From a bacterium (lineage in GTDB: Bacteria; Actinomycetota; Acidimicrobiia; Spongiisociales; UBA5794), in the NCBI GenBank assembly GCA_024228555.1, contig JAAETI010000355.1, positions 3,602 to 67,601 of the forward strand: a DNA stretch of 64,000 nucleotides, written 5' to 3'. Both the position numbers and the translations under genes were made by a program. Of this stretch, positions 41,833-51,499 are shown piece by piece. The stretch's first letter is position 1, and each line of letters opens with the position of its first letter. The notes beneath the pieces were generated by a model. That model worked only from the letters and a program-made list of their open reading frames with translations. It had not been told where the DNA came from and did not search any database.

Positions 41833-43176
41833 CTAGACAACACCCTGCGAGAGCATCGCATCGGCAACCTTGAGGAAGCCTGCGATGTTTGCACCATTGA
41901 CATAATTCCCAGGGGTTCCTGCCGTCTCCGCGGCTTGGTAACAGTTCTTGTGGATGTCAACCATGATGTTGCGCAGCTTCTTGTCGACCGTGTTGCGGTC
42001 CCATGTTGTGTGACCCGCGTTCTGCGCCATCTCGAGACCGCTGGTGGCCACACCACCGGCATTGGCCGCCTTGCCCGGAGCAAACAGTGTTCCCTCATCT
42101 TGGAACAGACGCACTCCGTCGGGGACGGTCGGCATATTCGCACCTTCGGCAACCAGGGTGATGCTGTTGGCGGCGAGCGCCTTGGCATCTTCCAGGTCGA
42201 TCTCGTTTTGGGTGGCACAGGGGAAGGCGCAGTCGGCACCCTCGACTGTCCAGGGCCGTTTGCCTTCGTAGTAGGCGACCCCAAAGTGCTCGGCGTACTC
42301 CGAGATGCGCCCACGGCGGACATTCTTGAGGTCCATCACCCAAGTCAGCTTCTCGTCGTCGATGCCATCCTTGTCGTAGATGTAGCCACCGGAGTCCGAC
42401 AGCGTCACGGCCTTGCCACCGATGCGGTTGATGTTCTCGACGGCGTATTGGGCAACGTTCCCGGAACCAGAGACCAAGCAGGTCTTCTCGTAGATGCTGT
42501 CGTCCTTTATCTTCAGCATTTCTTCGGCGAAGTAGATGGTGCCGTATCCGGTTGCCTCGGGACGGATGAGGCTTCCACCCCAACCGTGGCCCTTGCCGGT
42601 GAGGACACCGCTGAATTCGTTGGCCAGCTTCTTGTACATCCCGAAGAGGAAGCCGATTTCACGGCCACCGACACCGATGTCGCCAGCGGGCACGTCGGTA
42701 CGGGGGCCGATGTGGCGCCACAGTTCGCTCATGAACGACTGGCAGAAGCGCATGACCTCGACGTCGCTCTTGCCCTTGGGATCGAAGTCAGATCCACCCT
42801 TGCCGCCACCCATTGGGAGAGTGGTCAAGGCGTTCTTGAAGACCTGCTCGAACCCAAGGAACTTGAGGATCCCCAGGTTGACGCTTGGGTGGAAGCGGAG
42901 ACCGCCCTTGTAGGGGCCGATCGCGCTGTTCATCTCGACCCGGAAGCCGCGATTGACGTGGACTTCTCCAGCGTCGTCTACCCAGGGTACGCGGAACATG
43001 ATGACCCGTTCGGGCTCAACCATCCGCTCCAGGATCTTGGCTTGGCGAATCTCGGGGAAATCATCGAGAACCGGAATGATCGATTCGACGACTTCTTGGA
43101 CCGCTTGGTGGAATTCGGCTTCACCGGGGCTGCGTTGTGCAACCTTCTCCATGAACGCCGGTACAGAATTAGTCAC
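41833..43176 (-). CDS. gdhA: Glutamate dehydrogenase (GdhA/NADP-type hexameric family)
   Basis: EFHQAV.EV, GPYKGGLRFHPSV, GGGKGGSDFDPKG, DVPAGDIGVG, RPEATGYG, SGSGNVAQY, PCATQNE, EGANMP, GANIAGF. Confidence 0.96.
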   Translation of the reverse strand: MTNSVPAFMEKVAQRSPGEAEFHQAVQEVVESIIPVLDDFPEIRQAKILERMVEPERVIMFRVPWVDDAGEVHVNRGFRVEMNSAIGPYKGGLRFHPSVNLGILKFLGFEQVFKNALTTLPMGGGKGGSDFDPKGKSDVEVMRFCQSFMSELWRHIGPRTDVPAGDIGVGGREIGFLFGMYKKLANEFSGVLTGKGHGWGGSLIRPEATGYGTIYFAEEMLKIKDDSIYEKTCLVSGSGNVAQYAVENINRIGGKAVTLSDSGGYIYDKDGIDDEKLTWVMDLKNVRRGRISEYAEHFGVAYYEGKRPWTVEGADCAFPCATQNEIDLEDAKALAANSITLVAEGANMPTVPDGVRLFQDEGTLFAPGKAANAGGVATSGLEMAQNAGHTTWDRNTVDKKLRNIMVDIHKNCYQAAETAGTPGNYVNGANIAGFLKVADAMLSQGVV

Positions 43177-43413
43177 GCCTTACGCCTCCGTGGGACGGGT
43201 ATCGAAAACGCATCTCTCTTCTTCTTCTGTCGGCATACGCCGGGTGACAATTCACCATCTTGTTGGCTACTGCCGTGATTTCTGGCGGTACCAACAGGAC
43301 CCGAAGCCACAGATTGAATCCCAGGTAAGAGAGAACTGAGTATCCATCTCGCTACAGCCTATAGCCTTCGCCCAGATTTGGCATGGACCGTTGTGCCCTG
43401 TCCCAAAGGCCCT

Positions 43414-43429
43414 TTGACAGAAAGTACAG
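43414..43429. promoter_or_regulatory. Copy of the island palindromic motif upstream of gdhA
   Basis: TTGAC-AGAAA-GTACAG. Confidence 0.4.
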
Positions 43430-43501
43430 AACGAGTCCGCAAAAGCGCCGCCGAGCGGCCGTTCAAACACGAACACCCGACCCGGTGGGTGGGTGTGAGA
43501 A

Positions 43502-43527
43502 TTCGGCGACAGCCCGCTGTCGCCGAA
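43502..43527 (-). terminator. Hairpin at end of ABC operon 2
   Basis: ttcggcgacag-cccg-ctgtcgccgaa immediately after the permease stop. Confidence 0.6.
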
Positions 43528-43530
43528 CCC

Positions 43531-44484
43531 CTATCTCTGTTCGCGGAAGTACGGTATACCCAGCGCCGCAGGGGCTCCGAGGAACCGGGCGCGTTTGCCA
43601 CTGGTGAGCACGATCATGGCAACGATGGCAAGGACGAACGGCAGCATCGCCAGCAAGCTGGACGGGATGTTGCTCCACGGTTCGCCGAGGGTTTGCAACG
43701 TGAAGCCAATCCGCTCCGCCGCACCAAACAGGTAGGCGGCGAATAGGGCTCGCCACGGCCGCCAGCTCGCCAGGATCACGAGGGAGATGGCAATCCAGCC
43801 GGCTGGCCCGATCGGCTCGTTCTGCCAGGTTGGGACCAAAGCCAGCGAGTAGTAGGCGCCACCAAGACCGGCCAATGCCCCACCGACCATGATGTGCACG
43901 TAGCGAATTCGTGCGACATTCACCCCGGCCGACTCAGCGCTGGCCGGGTCTTCGCCCACGGCGCGAAGCGACAGTCCCATCCGGGTGCGGAAGAGGTAGA
44001 AGCTCGCAGCCGCCACCGTCAACCAAGAGACATAGACGAGGATGTCGTGGCCAAAGATCAGTGGACCGATAACGGGGATGTCGGCAAGGCCGCCTTCGAG
44101 GATTGGCTCGAAGGTCGCCTTTGAAGGCTCACCAACCAGGGGCTCTGCACCGGCCTCGCCGAGGAAGCTCGACAAGCCGGCTCCGAAGATTGTCAAAGCC
44201 AGCCCGGAGACGATCTGGCTGACTCGGAGCGTGACCGAGGCGAAAGCGTGGATCATGGAGAAGCCAGCCCCGGCGATCATCGCAACGATTACCCCAAGCA
44301 GCAGACTTTCGGTGTTGTACGTTGCCCAGAAACCAGCGACGGCGCCGACAAGCATCATGCCCTGGACCCCAAGGTTGAGGTTGCCCGCCCGTTCGGTGAT
44401 GATTTCTCCGACGGTGGCATAGACGATGCCGGTACCCAGCCCCATGGCCGCAAACAGTGTGAGGATCAGCGTTGACTCGTTCAT
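43531..44484 (-). CDS. ABC transporter permease
   Basis: GEIITERAGNLNLGVQG, GLSLRAVGEDP..AESAGV, GWIAISLVILASWRP, APAALG.PY. Confidence 0.93.
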   Translation of the reverse strand: MNESTLILTLFAAMGLGTGIVYATVGEIITERAGNLNLGVQGMMLVGAVAGFWATYNTESLLLGVIVAMIAGAGFSMIHAFASVTLRVSQIVSGLALTIFGAGLSSFLGEAGAEPLVGEPSKATFEPILEGGLADIPVIGPLIFGHDILVYVSWLTVAAASFYLFRTRMGLSLRAVGEDPASAESAGVNVARIRYVHIMVGGALAGLGGAYYSLALVPTWQNEPIGPAGWIAISLVILASWRPWRALFAAYLFGAAERIGFTLQTLGEPWSNIPSSLLAMLPFVLAIVAMIVLTSGKRARFLGAPAALGIPYFREQR

Positions 44485-45596
44485 GCTTCAACCCCCTCGG
44501 CTCCGGGAGACATAGACGGTTTCTTCTCCGGCTTGCGTACTCGATTGGCGATGAAGAACTCACCGGCAACAGCAAAGATAAGGATGGCGCCCTGGAGCAT
44601 GGTGACGGTGGACGCCGGCACCCGGATGGACTGAAGAGAGGGGCCGGCGTTGTTGAGCGCACCCATCAAGATGCCGACCGGGATGACTGCGATCGGATTG
44701 AGCCGGGCCAACGCGGCAACGATGATCCCGGTGAAGCCAAGGCCCAGATCCAGCGATCGAGGGTCGAGCGCTCCTACCGGTCCGGCAACATAGAGAGAAC
44801 CGGCGAGACCGGCGAAGGCTCCGGACATCAGGAAGACTCCGAGGAACTTTCGGGGAACCGCGATGCCGGCGTAGCGAGCAGTATCGGCCGAGTCACCGAC
44901 GATACGAACCTCGAATCCCCACTTCGTCTTGCTGATCAGGAACCAGGCGAGGATGGCGAGGAGCACGGCCACGACGAAACCCCAGTCGAGGCGATTGAAG
45001 AATTCGGGGATACGCGAGCTGTCGGGCAGCGGACGCCCGGTTGGGAATTGACTGACCTCTGGATCACGCCACGGGCTCTCGCTACCAAAGATCAAATAGT
45101 TCATGAAGTTGAGGGCTATGAAGTTGAGCATCAGGGTTGTGATGATCTCGTTCGTGCCGAGATACACCTTGGGCACTGCCGAAACCGATGCCCAGAAGGC
45201 GCCGCCGATTCCACCGGCGATGATCACCAGCGGCAGCGCAATCGCCATTGGCGTGCCTGGTCCGAGGGCAATGGCGAGACCTGCCGCAAAGATGGCGCCC
45301 ATGATGAACTGGCCTTCCGCACCGATGTTCCAGACCAGCATCTTGAATGCCACCGCGGCGGCAACACCGGTGAGGATCAGCGGTGTTGCCGAAATCAGAG
45401 TCTCGCTGATACCACGGCTGGAGCCGAACGAGGTCTTGGCCATCTTGGTGTAGACCTCCCACGGGTCGTTACCGGTGAGGGCTAGAAAGATGGCGCCGAC
45501 GATCAGAGCCAGCAGAACGGAAACCAGCGGAACGGCCAGCGTCAGCCGTCCCGAGGCAAGACCTCTCGGTTCAACAATGAGGCGTCGGGCGGTCAT
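44481..45596 (-). CDS. ABC transporter permease
   Basis: ATPLILTG, WNIGAEGQ, NEIITTLMLN, ARYAGI, GFTGIIVAALARLNP. Confidence 0.93.
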   Translation of the reverse strand: MTARRLIVEPRGLASGRLTLAVPLVSVLLALIVGAIFLALTGNDPWEVYTKMAKTSFGSSRGISETLISATPLILTGVAAAVAFKMLVWNIGAEGQFIMGAIFAAGLAIALGPGTPMAIALPLVIIAGGIGGAFWASVSAVPKVYLGTNEIITTLMLNFIALNFMNYLIFGSESPWRDPEVSQFPTGRPLPDSSRIPEFFNRLDWGFVVAVLLAILAWFLISKTKWGFEVRIVGDSADTARYAGIAVPRKFLGVFLMSGAFAGLAGSLYVAGPVGALDPRSLDLGLGFTGIIVAALARLNPIAVIPVGILMGALNNAGPSLQSIRVPASTVTMLQGAILIFAVAGEFFIANRVRKPEKKPSMSPGAEGVEA

Positions 45597-47125
45597 GTCG
45601 TTGCCTCCTCTTTTTGACCAGCCATAAGCAGGCCGAGCCGCTCCGGGGTCGCCTCATCAGCGGGCATTTCCCCGGCCACCGTACCCTCGTAGATCACAAT
45701 GACTCGGTCAGAGAGTGCCAGCAGCTCATCGAGATCCTCCGATACGAGCAGCACCGCGGTTCCTTCCGCTCGTTCAGCAAGGATCTGGTTGCGCACCGCC
45801 TCGGTGGCACCAACATCGAGACCACGAGTGGGGGAGCGGGCAATCAAGACCTTCGGGTTCAACTCAACCTCGCGAGCCAGTAGGGCTTTCTGCAGATTGC
45901 CACCGGACAGCAGGCGGATCGGTAGACCGGGTCGTACACCACGGATGTCGTACTTCTCGATCCATTCCTCTCCACGCTCCTTGAAGACGCTGGCGGTGAG
46001 CATGGGACCGTTGGAATAGGGTGGTTTGCGATAGGCCTTGAGGCCGAGGTTCTCCTCGGTGGTGAGGCCCGGAGCCAGCCCCATTCCGAGCCTGCTCTGG
46101 GGGACGTAGGCAACGCCGCGATCGGTGCGGTCGGACACAGACATCTTTGTGACATCCTCGCCGTCCAGTTTGATAGTCCCCGAGGTGGGGATACGAAGCC
46201 CGACAAGACCGTAGGCAAGCTCGCGTTGTCCGTTGCCCGAGACACCGGAAATCCCGAGGACCTCTCCCGATCTGATCGTGAAGGTCATGCCACGGACTGC
46301 TTCGAGACCGCGGTCGCCGTCGACACGTATTGAGTCCACTTCGAGCATTGGGCCACCGATATCTGGGTTCTCTTCCCTTGTGGGTAGCTCGAGATCGCGG
46401 CCAACCATCATTCGGGCAAGGTCGCGTGGCTCGGCATCGGCAGTGTCGGCGCCACCAACTGTGGTGCCGTCGCGCAGCACGGTCACTCGGTCAGACACCT
46501 GCTTGACCTCGTGGAGCTTGTGTGAGACGAAGATCACCGAGCGGCCTTCTTCAGCCATCTGACGCATCGTCTTGAAGAGCTGCTGGGCCTCCTGTGGCGT
46601 CAGCACCGCGGTCGGCTCATCGAGGATCAGAATCTTGGCGTTGCGGTACAGCAGTTTGAGGATCTCAACCCGCTGCTGCTCGCCGACAGACAGCTGCCAA
46701 ATGCGGGCGGCGGGATCGACCGGAAGGCCGTACTCCTCGCCAAGTTCCCGAGCTTCCTCTTCCAGCTGACTCTGAGAGATGGTCACCCCGAGCTTCGGGT
46801 GGCCGAGGGCCAGGTTCTCGGCGACGGTGAGGTTGGAGACCAGGCGGAAGTGCTGATAGACCATGCCGACACCGGCAGCAAGAGCATCCTTTGGCGTCTT
46901 GAAGACCGTTGGCTTGCCTTCGTAGAGGAACTCTCCTGCATCAGGGCGATACAGCCCAGCGAGGATTGAGCACAGCGTCGACTTGCCAGCCCCGTTCTCG
47001 CCAAGAAGAGCATGAACCTCTCCGTGACGTAATTCGAAGTTGACGTTGTCATTGGCTTTTACGCCATAGAACGCCTTGTCGATGTTGCGAAACTCTACTG
47101 CCAGTGTGTCTGCGTGATCGGCCAT
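45593..47125 (-). CDS. ABC transporter ATP-binding protein
   Basis: GENGAGKST, LSVGEQQRVEI, LDEPT, LSGGNLQK, PTRGLD, SEDLDE. Confidence 0.95.
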   Translation of the reverse strand: MADHADTLAVEFRNIDKAFYGVKANDNVNFELRHGEVHALLGENGAGKSTLCSILAGLYRPDAGEFLYEGKPTVFKTPKDALAAGVGMVYQHFRLVSNLTVAENLALGHPKLGVTISQSQLEEEARELGEEYGLPVDPAARIWQLSVGEQQRVEILKLLYRNAKILILDEPTAVLTPQEAQQLFKTMRQMAEEGRSVIFVSHKLHEVKQVSDRVTVLRDGTTVGGADTADAEPRDLARMMVGRDLELPTREENPDIGGPMLEVDSIRVDGDRGLEAVRGMTFTIRSGEVLGISGVSGNGQRELAYGLVGLRIPTSGTIKLDGEDVTKMSVSDRTDRGVAYVPQSRLGMGLAPGLTTEENLGLKAYRKPPYSNGPMLTASVFKERGEEWIEKYDIRGVRPGLPIRLLSGGNLQKALLAREVELNPKVLIARSPTRGLDVGATEAVRNQILAERAEGTAVLLVSEDLDELLALSDRVIVIYEGTVAGEMPADEATPERLGLLMAGQKEEATT

Positions 47126-47169
47126 TGCCGTAGCCTAGCCAGTCGTCTTCCTCGTGGCTCGTTGCGCCC

Positions 47170-47209
47170 AAAAAGCAAGAAGGGCCCCGCCAGAAGCGGG
47201 GCCCTTCTT
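47170..47209 (-). terminator. Intrinsic terminator-like hairpin between BMP and ATPase genes
   Basis: aagaagggccccgc-cagaa-gcggggcccttctt with T-run following on the minus strand. Confidence 0.75.
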
Positions 47210-47227
47210 CATGTTTGTGTGTATCGA

Positions 47228-48349
47228 TCAGCCGGTTGGGCTACCGATAACACCATTGACGAAGAAGTCCATACCGAAGATGTCGCCGAGCTCGCGCTCA
47301 TTGCCATCCTGATCAACGATCGGGTCGGGCAGCACGCTGAACGTGCCGGCGATGATCTCGGCCTTGCGCTCTTCGATGAGAGTACGAGTGGCGTCGTCGA
47401 CCGAGTCGCCGAACGGTGCAATGTCAACCATGCCGCTGGCCATCGTGCCGTAGGCGAAGCCGGGTTCGAAGGTACCGGCCTGGACGGCCTGTGCGACCTC
47501 TAGGTAGTACGGGCCCCAGTCCCAGATGGCTGCGGTGAGCCAGGCGCTGGGGGCGAACTCGGTCATGTCGGTGTTGTAGCCGACCCACTTGGCTCCGGCT
47601 GCTTCGGCCGTCTGGCCGGGAGCTGCCGAGTCCTGGTGCATGGCGATGACGTCTGCGCCGGCGTCGAGCAGCGATTGTGCGGCCGCGCCTTCCTTCGGCG
47701 GATCAAACCAGGTTGATGTCCAGACGACCTGGACCTGTGCGTCCGGGTTGACTTCCTGGGCGCCCAATGTGAAGGCGTTGATGCCACGCAGCACCTCAGG
47801 GATCGGGAAGGCAGCGACGTAGCCGATGAGGTTGCCCTCGGTGGCTGCGCCCGCGGCCATTCCGCTCAGGTAGCGACCCTCTTCGGCAGCGCCGAAGTAG
47901 TTGCCCATGTTCTCAGAGGCCTTGTAGCCAGTGGCGTGCATGAAGGTCACATCCGGGTAGTTCTCCGCTGCGGCCAGCATCGGATCCATGTAGCCAAACG
48001 ATGTGCCGAAAATGAGCGTGTTGCCGTCGGCGGCAAGATCCTCAAACACACGCTGGGAGTCCGAGCCCTCGGGAATGCTCTCGAGGAACACCGTCTCGAC
48101 GTTCATGTTGTCTTCGAGATACTGCATGCCCTGGTCATGTGCCCAGGACCAGCCTTTGTCAGCTACGGGGCCGACGTGGACAAAGGCAACCTTGAGTGGC
48201 TCGCCATCATCCACCGGTGCGGCGGTGGTCTCGGTTCCGCCTGCTGCTGCCGTGGTTGTCGTGTCCTCATCGTCTCCGCCACACGCCGCCGCGACGAGCG
48301 CAAGAGCAAGAGCGAGGATTGCGAGCAACCGCCAATTGATACGGTTCAT
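47228..48349 (-). CDS. BMP-family ABC substrate-binding lipoprotein (purine-binding-like)
   Basis: Lipobox AAAC, VGPVAD.GWS.AHDQG, IFGTSFGYMD, GRYLSG, AAFPIPEV.RGINAF.LG, WFDPPKE, HQDS, WDWG. Confidence 0.93.
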   Translation of the reverse strand: MNRINWRLLAILALALALVAAACGGDDEDTTTTAAAGGTETTAAPVDDGEPLKVAFVHVGPVADKGWSWAHDQGMQYLEDNMNVETVFLESIPEGSDSQRVFEDLAADGNTLIFGTSFGYMDPMLAAAENYPDVTFMHATGYKASENMGNYFGAAEEGRYLSGMAAGAATEGNLIGYVAAFPIPEVLRGINAFTLGAQEVNPDAQVQVVWTSTWFDPPKEGAAAQSLLDAGADVIAMHQDSAAPGQTAEAAGAKWVGYNTDMTEFAPSAWLTAAIWDWGPYYLEVAQAVQAGTFEPGFAYGTMASGMVDIAPFGDSVDDATRTLIEERKAEIIAGTFSVLPDPIVDQDGNERELGDIFGMDFFVNGVIGSPTG

Positions 48350-48405
48350 TGATCCTTCTTTCTGGAATCGTCATCCCGGATTTGATGCCGGGAGAGAAAC
48401 GTAGC

Positions 48406-48421
48406 CTTTACTTTAGGTAGA
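48406..48421. promoter_or_regulatory. Copy of the island palindromic motif upstream of ABC operon 2
   Basis: C-TTTAC-TTTAG-GTAGA (minus strand TCTAC-N5-GTAAAG) ~57 bp upstream of BMP start. Confidence 0.45.
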
Positions 48422-48537
48422 GGACCGAGATAGCGCCTATCGGTTTGCCGCGGTGGGGCCACAAGCGCCCGCAGAAAGTGACTCCTGTCGCATGAATTGG
48501 GCCTTGCAAATCCTGTTGGGGCAGATCATGTTGAGAA

Positions 48538-49170
48538 GTGGACACATCCGACTTGGAGGCCAAAGTGGCATTTCGCAGGCTGCAGGGGTGGCGCTGTACA
48601 GCCCTTTCGCCTCGATGCAAGTCCGCACTCTGTGGCGCCCTCGCCGGTGCCGTTCTCAGTCTGGTCCTGGTGGCAGGACCGCTGTGGCTGATCGGTGGAG
48701 GGAGAACTGCTGCGTCCGGTGTTGGCGGAGCCGCTCCTTTGGCTGCGCTGTCAACCGTGCCTGCGGAGTCTTCCCAGTTTGATATATCGGGCTTGCTCGT
48801 CGGTGATTGGATCGGCGAGATGTGTGACGATGAGGGCGAACCAGTTCCGATCCGCTTTGAGTTCGTTCACGATCAGAGCGACGACGTGTATTACTCGCTC
48901 AGCCTCGATGGTGTCATCCATTCGCAGGGGACCCTTGGAAGTGGTGCATGCGAGGTTGAGGGCGAGGACGTGGCCTTTCATACATTCCTGGCGATCCTGA
49001 ACGACTGTGACGACGCTTGTGGGGTTGACCGCGTCTACGAGGGCCACTTTGAGGAGGGGGCCCTCGTCGGGAGCTACACCGATGCGGTCATGGATGAGGC
49101 ATGCGTCTCCTGTGTCGGAGGCGGGACCTGGTGGCTGGAGCCAGCCGCGGTGACCGAGTCAGATCTCTAG
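48538..49170 (+). CDS. Hypothetical membrane-anchored acidic Cys-rich protein
   Basis: Hydrophobic segment then D/E-rich domain with CDDAC and CVSC; start uncertain. Confidence 0.65.
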   Translation: MDTSDLEAKVAFRRLQGWRCTALSPRCKSALCGALAGAVLSLVLVAGPLWLIGGGRTAASGVGGAAPLAALSTVPAESSQFDISGLLVGDWIGEMCDDEGEPVPIRFEFVHDQSDDVYYSLSLDGVIHSQGTLGSGACEVEGEDVAFHTFLAILNDCDDACGVDRVYEGHFEEGALVGSYTDAVMDEACVSCVGGGTWWLEPAAVTESDL

Positions 49171-49202
49171 AAGCAACGTACGCTGCGGATTACAGTTTCC
49201 AT

Positions 49203-49748
49203 ATGGGACCATCCAATCGAGCACTACACGATCCCCGCTATCAACAACCACTCGAAGCAGGATGGTGGAAGACGGTTGCCGGGTGGCGGTCGATTCTGAA
49301 ATCACATCGGATTGATCGGCGCGCCAAGCCGATTGTGATTGTGTTCATTCTTGCAATCTTCCTGTTGGTCGGTCTGGCGACGCAATGGAAGGGTTGGGGG
49401 CTGTATGCGGCCGCCGCCGGCCTATTGATCCTGGTGGTCTCTGTCTTCAGCCCTCTAGATGTTGCCGACTACCGCGACCGGGAGCCGCTCGAGCCGGGTT
49501 GGTGGAGGTCAGCCTCCGGCTGGAGGCAGGCCCAGTTGGCCGGCTTGGACGAGCCGGGAATGGCCGGTGCCACTCTTGTGGTCGGGCTGTGCGGCGCCGC
49601 GCTTTTGCTTGTCGTCAGCGGAGGCGAGAGATGGGGTGGGGCGATGGCGGTGGTGTCGGTGTCCTCCCGTGGATTTCTGCCGGTGCAATATCGGTGGCTA
49701 ACTGTGGCTGCTGGGCTCGCTCTTGTCTTTGCCGGCGCCGCGTCGTAG
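49203..49748 (+). CDS. Hypothetical membrane protein with internal duplication
   Basis: PLEAGWWKTVAGWR and PLEPGWWRSASGWR, each followed by hydrophobic helices. Confidence 0.6.
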   Translation: MGPSNRALHDPRYQQPLEAGWWKTVAGWRSILKSHRIDRRAKPIVIVFILAIFLLVGLATQWKGWGLYAAAAGLLILVVSVFSPLDVADYRDREPLEPGWWRSASGWRQAQLAGLDEPGMAGATLVVGLCGAALLLVVSGGERWGGAMAVVSVSSRGFLPVQYRWLTVAAGLALVFAGAAS

Positions 49749-49757
49749 GGGCAGGGC

Positions 49758-51434
49758 CTAGCTGCCACCCTCACTACGAACCATCCGGTACCGGTGATCC
49801 CACCACAGCGCCGACTCGCCGAGTTCATGCGGGATGCCGTTCACCGTCACGGTCGGCTGCAGGCTTGTGGAGACGACGTCGTGGATGTTCGCCAAAAAGG
49901 TATCGATGTCGTCCTGAACTGCGTTGGCTACTCCGAAGCCGACACCGGCTTCAACCATTGCAGTTGACAAGCCGATTCTGAAGGCAGCGAACACCGGTGC
50001 GAGTACCAGATCGGCTGCAGCTACAGCGGCGGTGATGAGATTGATGTCGTCCTTGGCATCGTCGGCATATCTGGCAAGGGCGTTGTTCAGAGATCCAGCG
50101 AAGTAGGCAAGATTCTGGGCGTGCGGATACCGGTAGTCGGGGTCGGCACCGAAGGAAGCGAAACGCCGCGGATCGACAGCGTCCCCACCGCGCAATGTGG
50201 CGGCGATCGTTCCGATCGTTGCACTCTCACCGCCACTAACCATCTCAAATAGAAAGTCGCTGAATACGGTGCCGAGAGGGTCGACCGTGGTCGCCAGCGA
50301 TTCGATGACGCGATCGGGGTCGGTCGCGAGAAGCCGATTCGCCAGTTCGAGCAAGACCGGCTCTGCCTGAGCCAGCGCAAGTGCAGCTGTTCTGACTCGT
50401 TCGAGGTTTTCCGTCCTCGTCACGAGACTGCGCTGAGCTGCCGCATCTGTGACGAAGGGGACGATCACGTGTAGTGCAGTGGCCGCCACATCAGGATCGG
50501 TGACGCGTCCCAGGACCCTACCGAGATTGGAGAGTAGATCGGTGCCGTTGGGCATTGCCAGGCTGTCGGCGACGAGAAGGGGGAGCGCACCACCCTCGAC
50601 GATCTGATCGACCATTCCGTTGACGATTGCCGGTTCCTCGACTTCACCAATCGCCGCCAAGATCGCAACCGTCGAATAGGGAGTGGCTTTCAGGTTGGTG
50701 GCGAGGACATCGGCGACAAAGCGGGCGATGACTGCGTCGCTGACTGCGGCCCCAACGGCGGCCCCGAAGTCGATTGCATCCGCTGGGGTGCCGCCAGCGA
50801 GGATGGCGTCGTGGACCTTGCCCAGGGAGTTGGGCGAGCGAGCGAGCAACGCAAACACCTCTTGCTTCTCAGCACGGGAGAAGCCGTTGATGCGGTTTCC
50901 CATTTCGGCTATCCAACGTTTGAGCTGCGGTTGGGACAAGCCTGCGATGACTCCCTCGAGTTCGGATGGAGATAGCCCGCCGATTGCTTGCCGGATGTTG
51001 TGCAGATCGGCGTTGGTCACGTCCCAGTCTCTCCACGTCTCGTTGAGCCAGGCTGACACGTTGACGATGGTCTCATCGATGTGGTTGCATCCGGCTGCAG
51101 ACTGCTCGACCCATCGCAGATATGTCTCCGCAAGGTTCTCCATCGAAAACGTAGCGGACACGGCGAAGTGGGCACGCAAGTTGGCGGCCAAACTGAAGTG
51201 TTCGCCTTGGACGTTGTCGATGGCGGCCGCCCGCCATTGCAGTGTGCTGCAAGTCTGGTCGGACCAATTGTGCGCCCGGCCTACGACGGCGGCTATCTCT
51301 GCTGCGTCGGAGGTCCGCCCATTGCTGCCGAGGATGGCGACGGTGGCGATGCTGAGTTGGCGGGCGTTGCCGCAATGTCTTGCCAGCTCGATGACGAGAC
51401 CGCCGAGTCCCGCGGGGTCGATGCCTCGAAACAA
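49758..51434 (-). CDS. Hypothetical protein (helical; N-terminus reminiscent of WXG100-like substrates)
   Basis: 558-aa ORF with protein-like composition; FRGIDPAGL..L..EL start; TTG start uncertain. Confidence 0.7.
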   Translation of the reverse strand: MFRGIDPAGLGGLVIELARHCGNARQLSIATVAILGSNGRTSDAAEIAAVVGRAHNWSDQTCSTLQWRAAAIDNVQGEHFSLAANLRAHFAVSATFSMENLAETYLRWVEQSAAGCNHIDETIVNVSAWLNETWRDWDVTNADLHNIRQAIGGLSPSELEGVIAGLSQPQLKRWIAEMGNRINGFSRAEKQEVFALLARSPNSLGKVHDAILAGGTPADAIDFGAAVGAAVSDAVIARFVADVLATNLKATPYSTVAILAAIGEVEEPAIVNGMVDQIVEGGALPLLVADSLAMPNGTDLLSNLGRVLGRVTDPDVAATALHVIVPFVTDAAAQRSLVTRTENLERVRTAALALAQAEPVLLELANRLLATDPDRVIESLATTVDPLGTVFSDFLFEMVSGGESATIGTIAATLRGGDAVDPRRFASFGADPDYRYPHAQNLAYFAGSLNNALARYADDAKDDINLITAAVAAADLVLAPVFAAFRIGLSTAMVEAGVGFGVANAVQDDIDTFLANIHDVVSTSLQPTVTVNGIPHELGESALWWDHRYRMVRSEGGS

Positions 51435-51499
51435 CTAATCCTACCCTGGTAGATAGCAGTATGTTACGATATGTACCAGAGTAAGACAATACCTCAGTA

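Noticed and set aside
41935-43278. 447-aa ORF on + strand
   Set aside because: Antisense shadow of gdhA; long antisense frames are common in GC-rich genes and it has no recognisable motifs
43180-43500. Long gdhA leader as a possible riboswitch
   Set aside because: No recognisable riboswitch consensus by eye; needs cmscan
48350-48537. Purine or xanthine riboswitch upstream of the BMP gene
   Set aside because: Conserved aptamer motifs not found by inspection
51460-51480. GTTAC-N5-GTACC as a fifth operator copy
   Set aside because: Weak match and lies upstream of an unrelated gene
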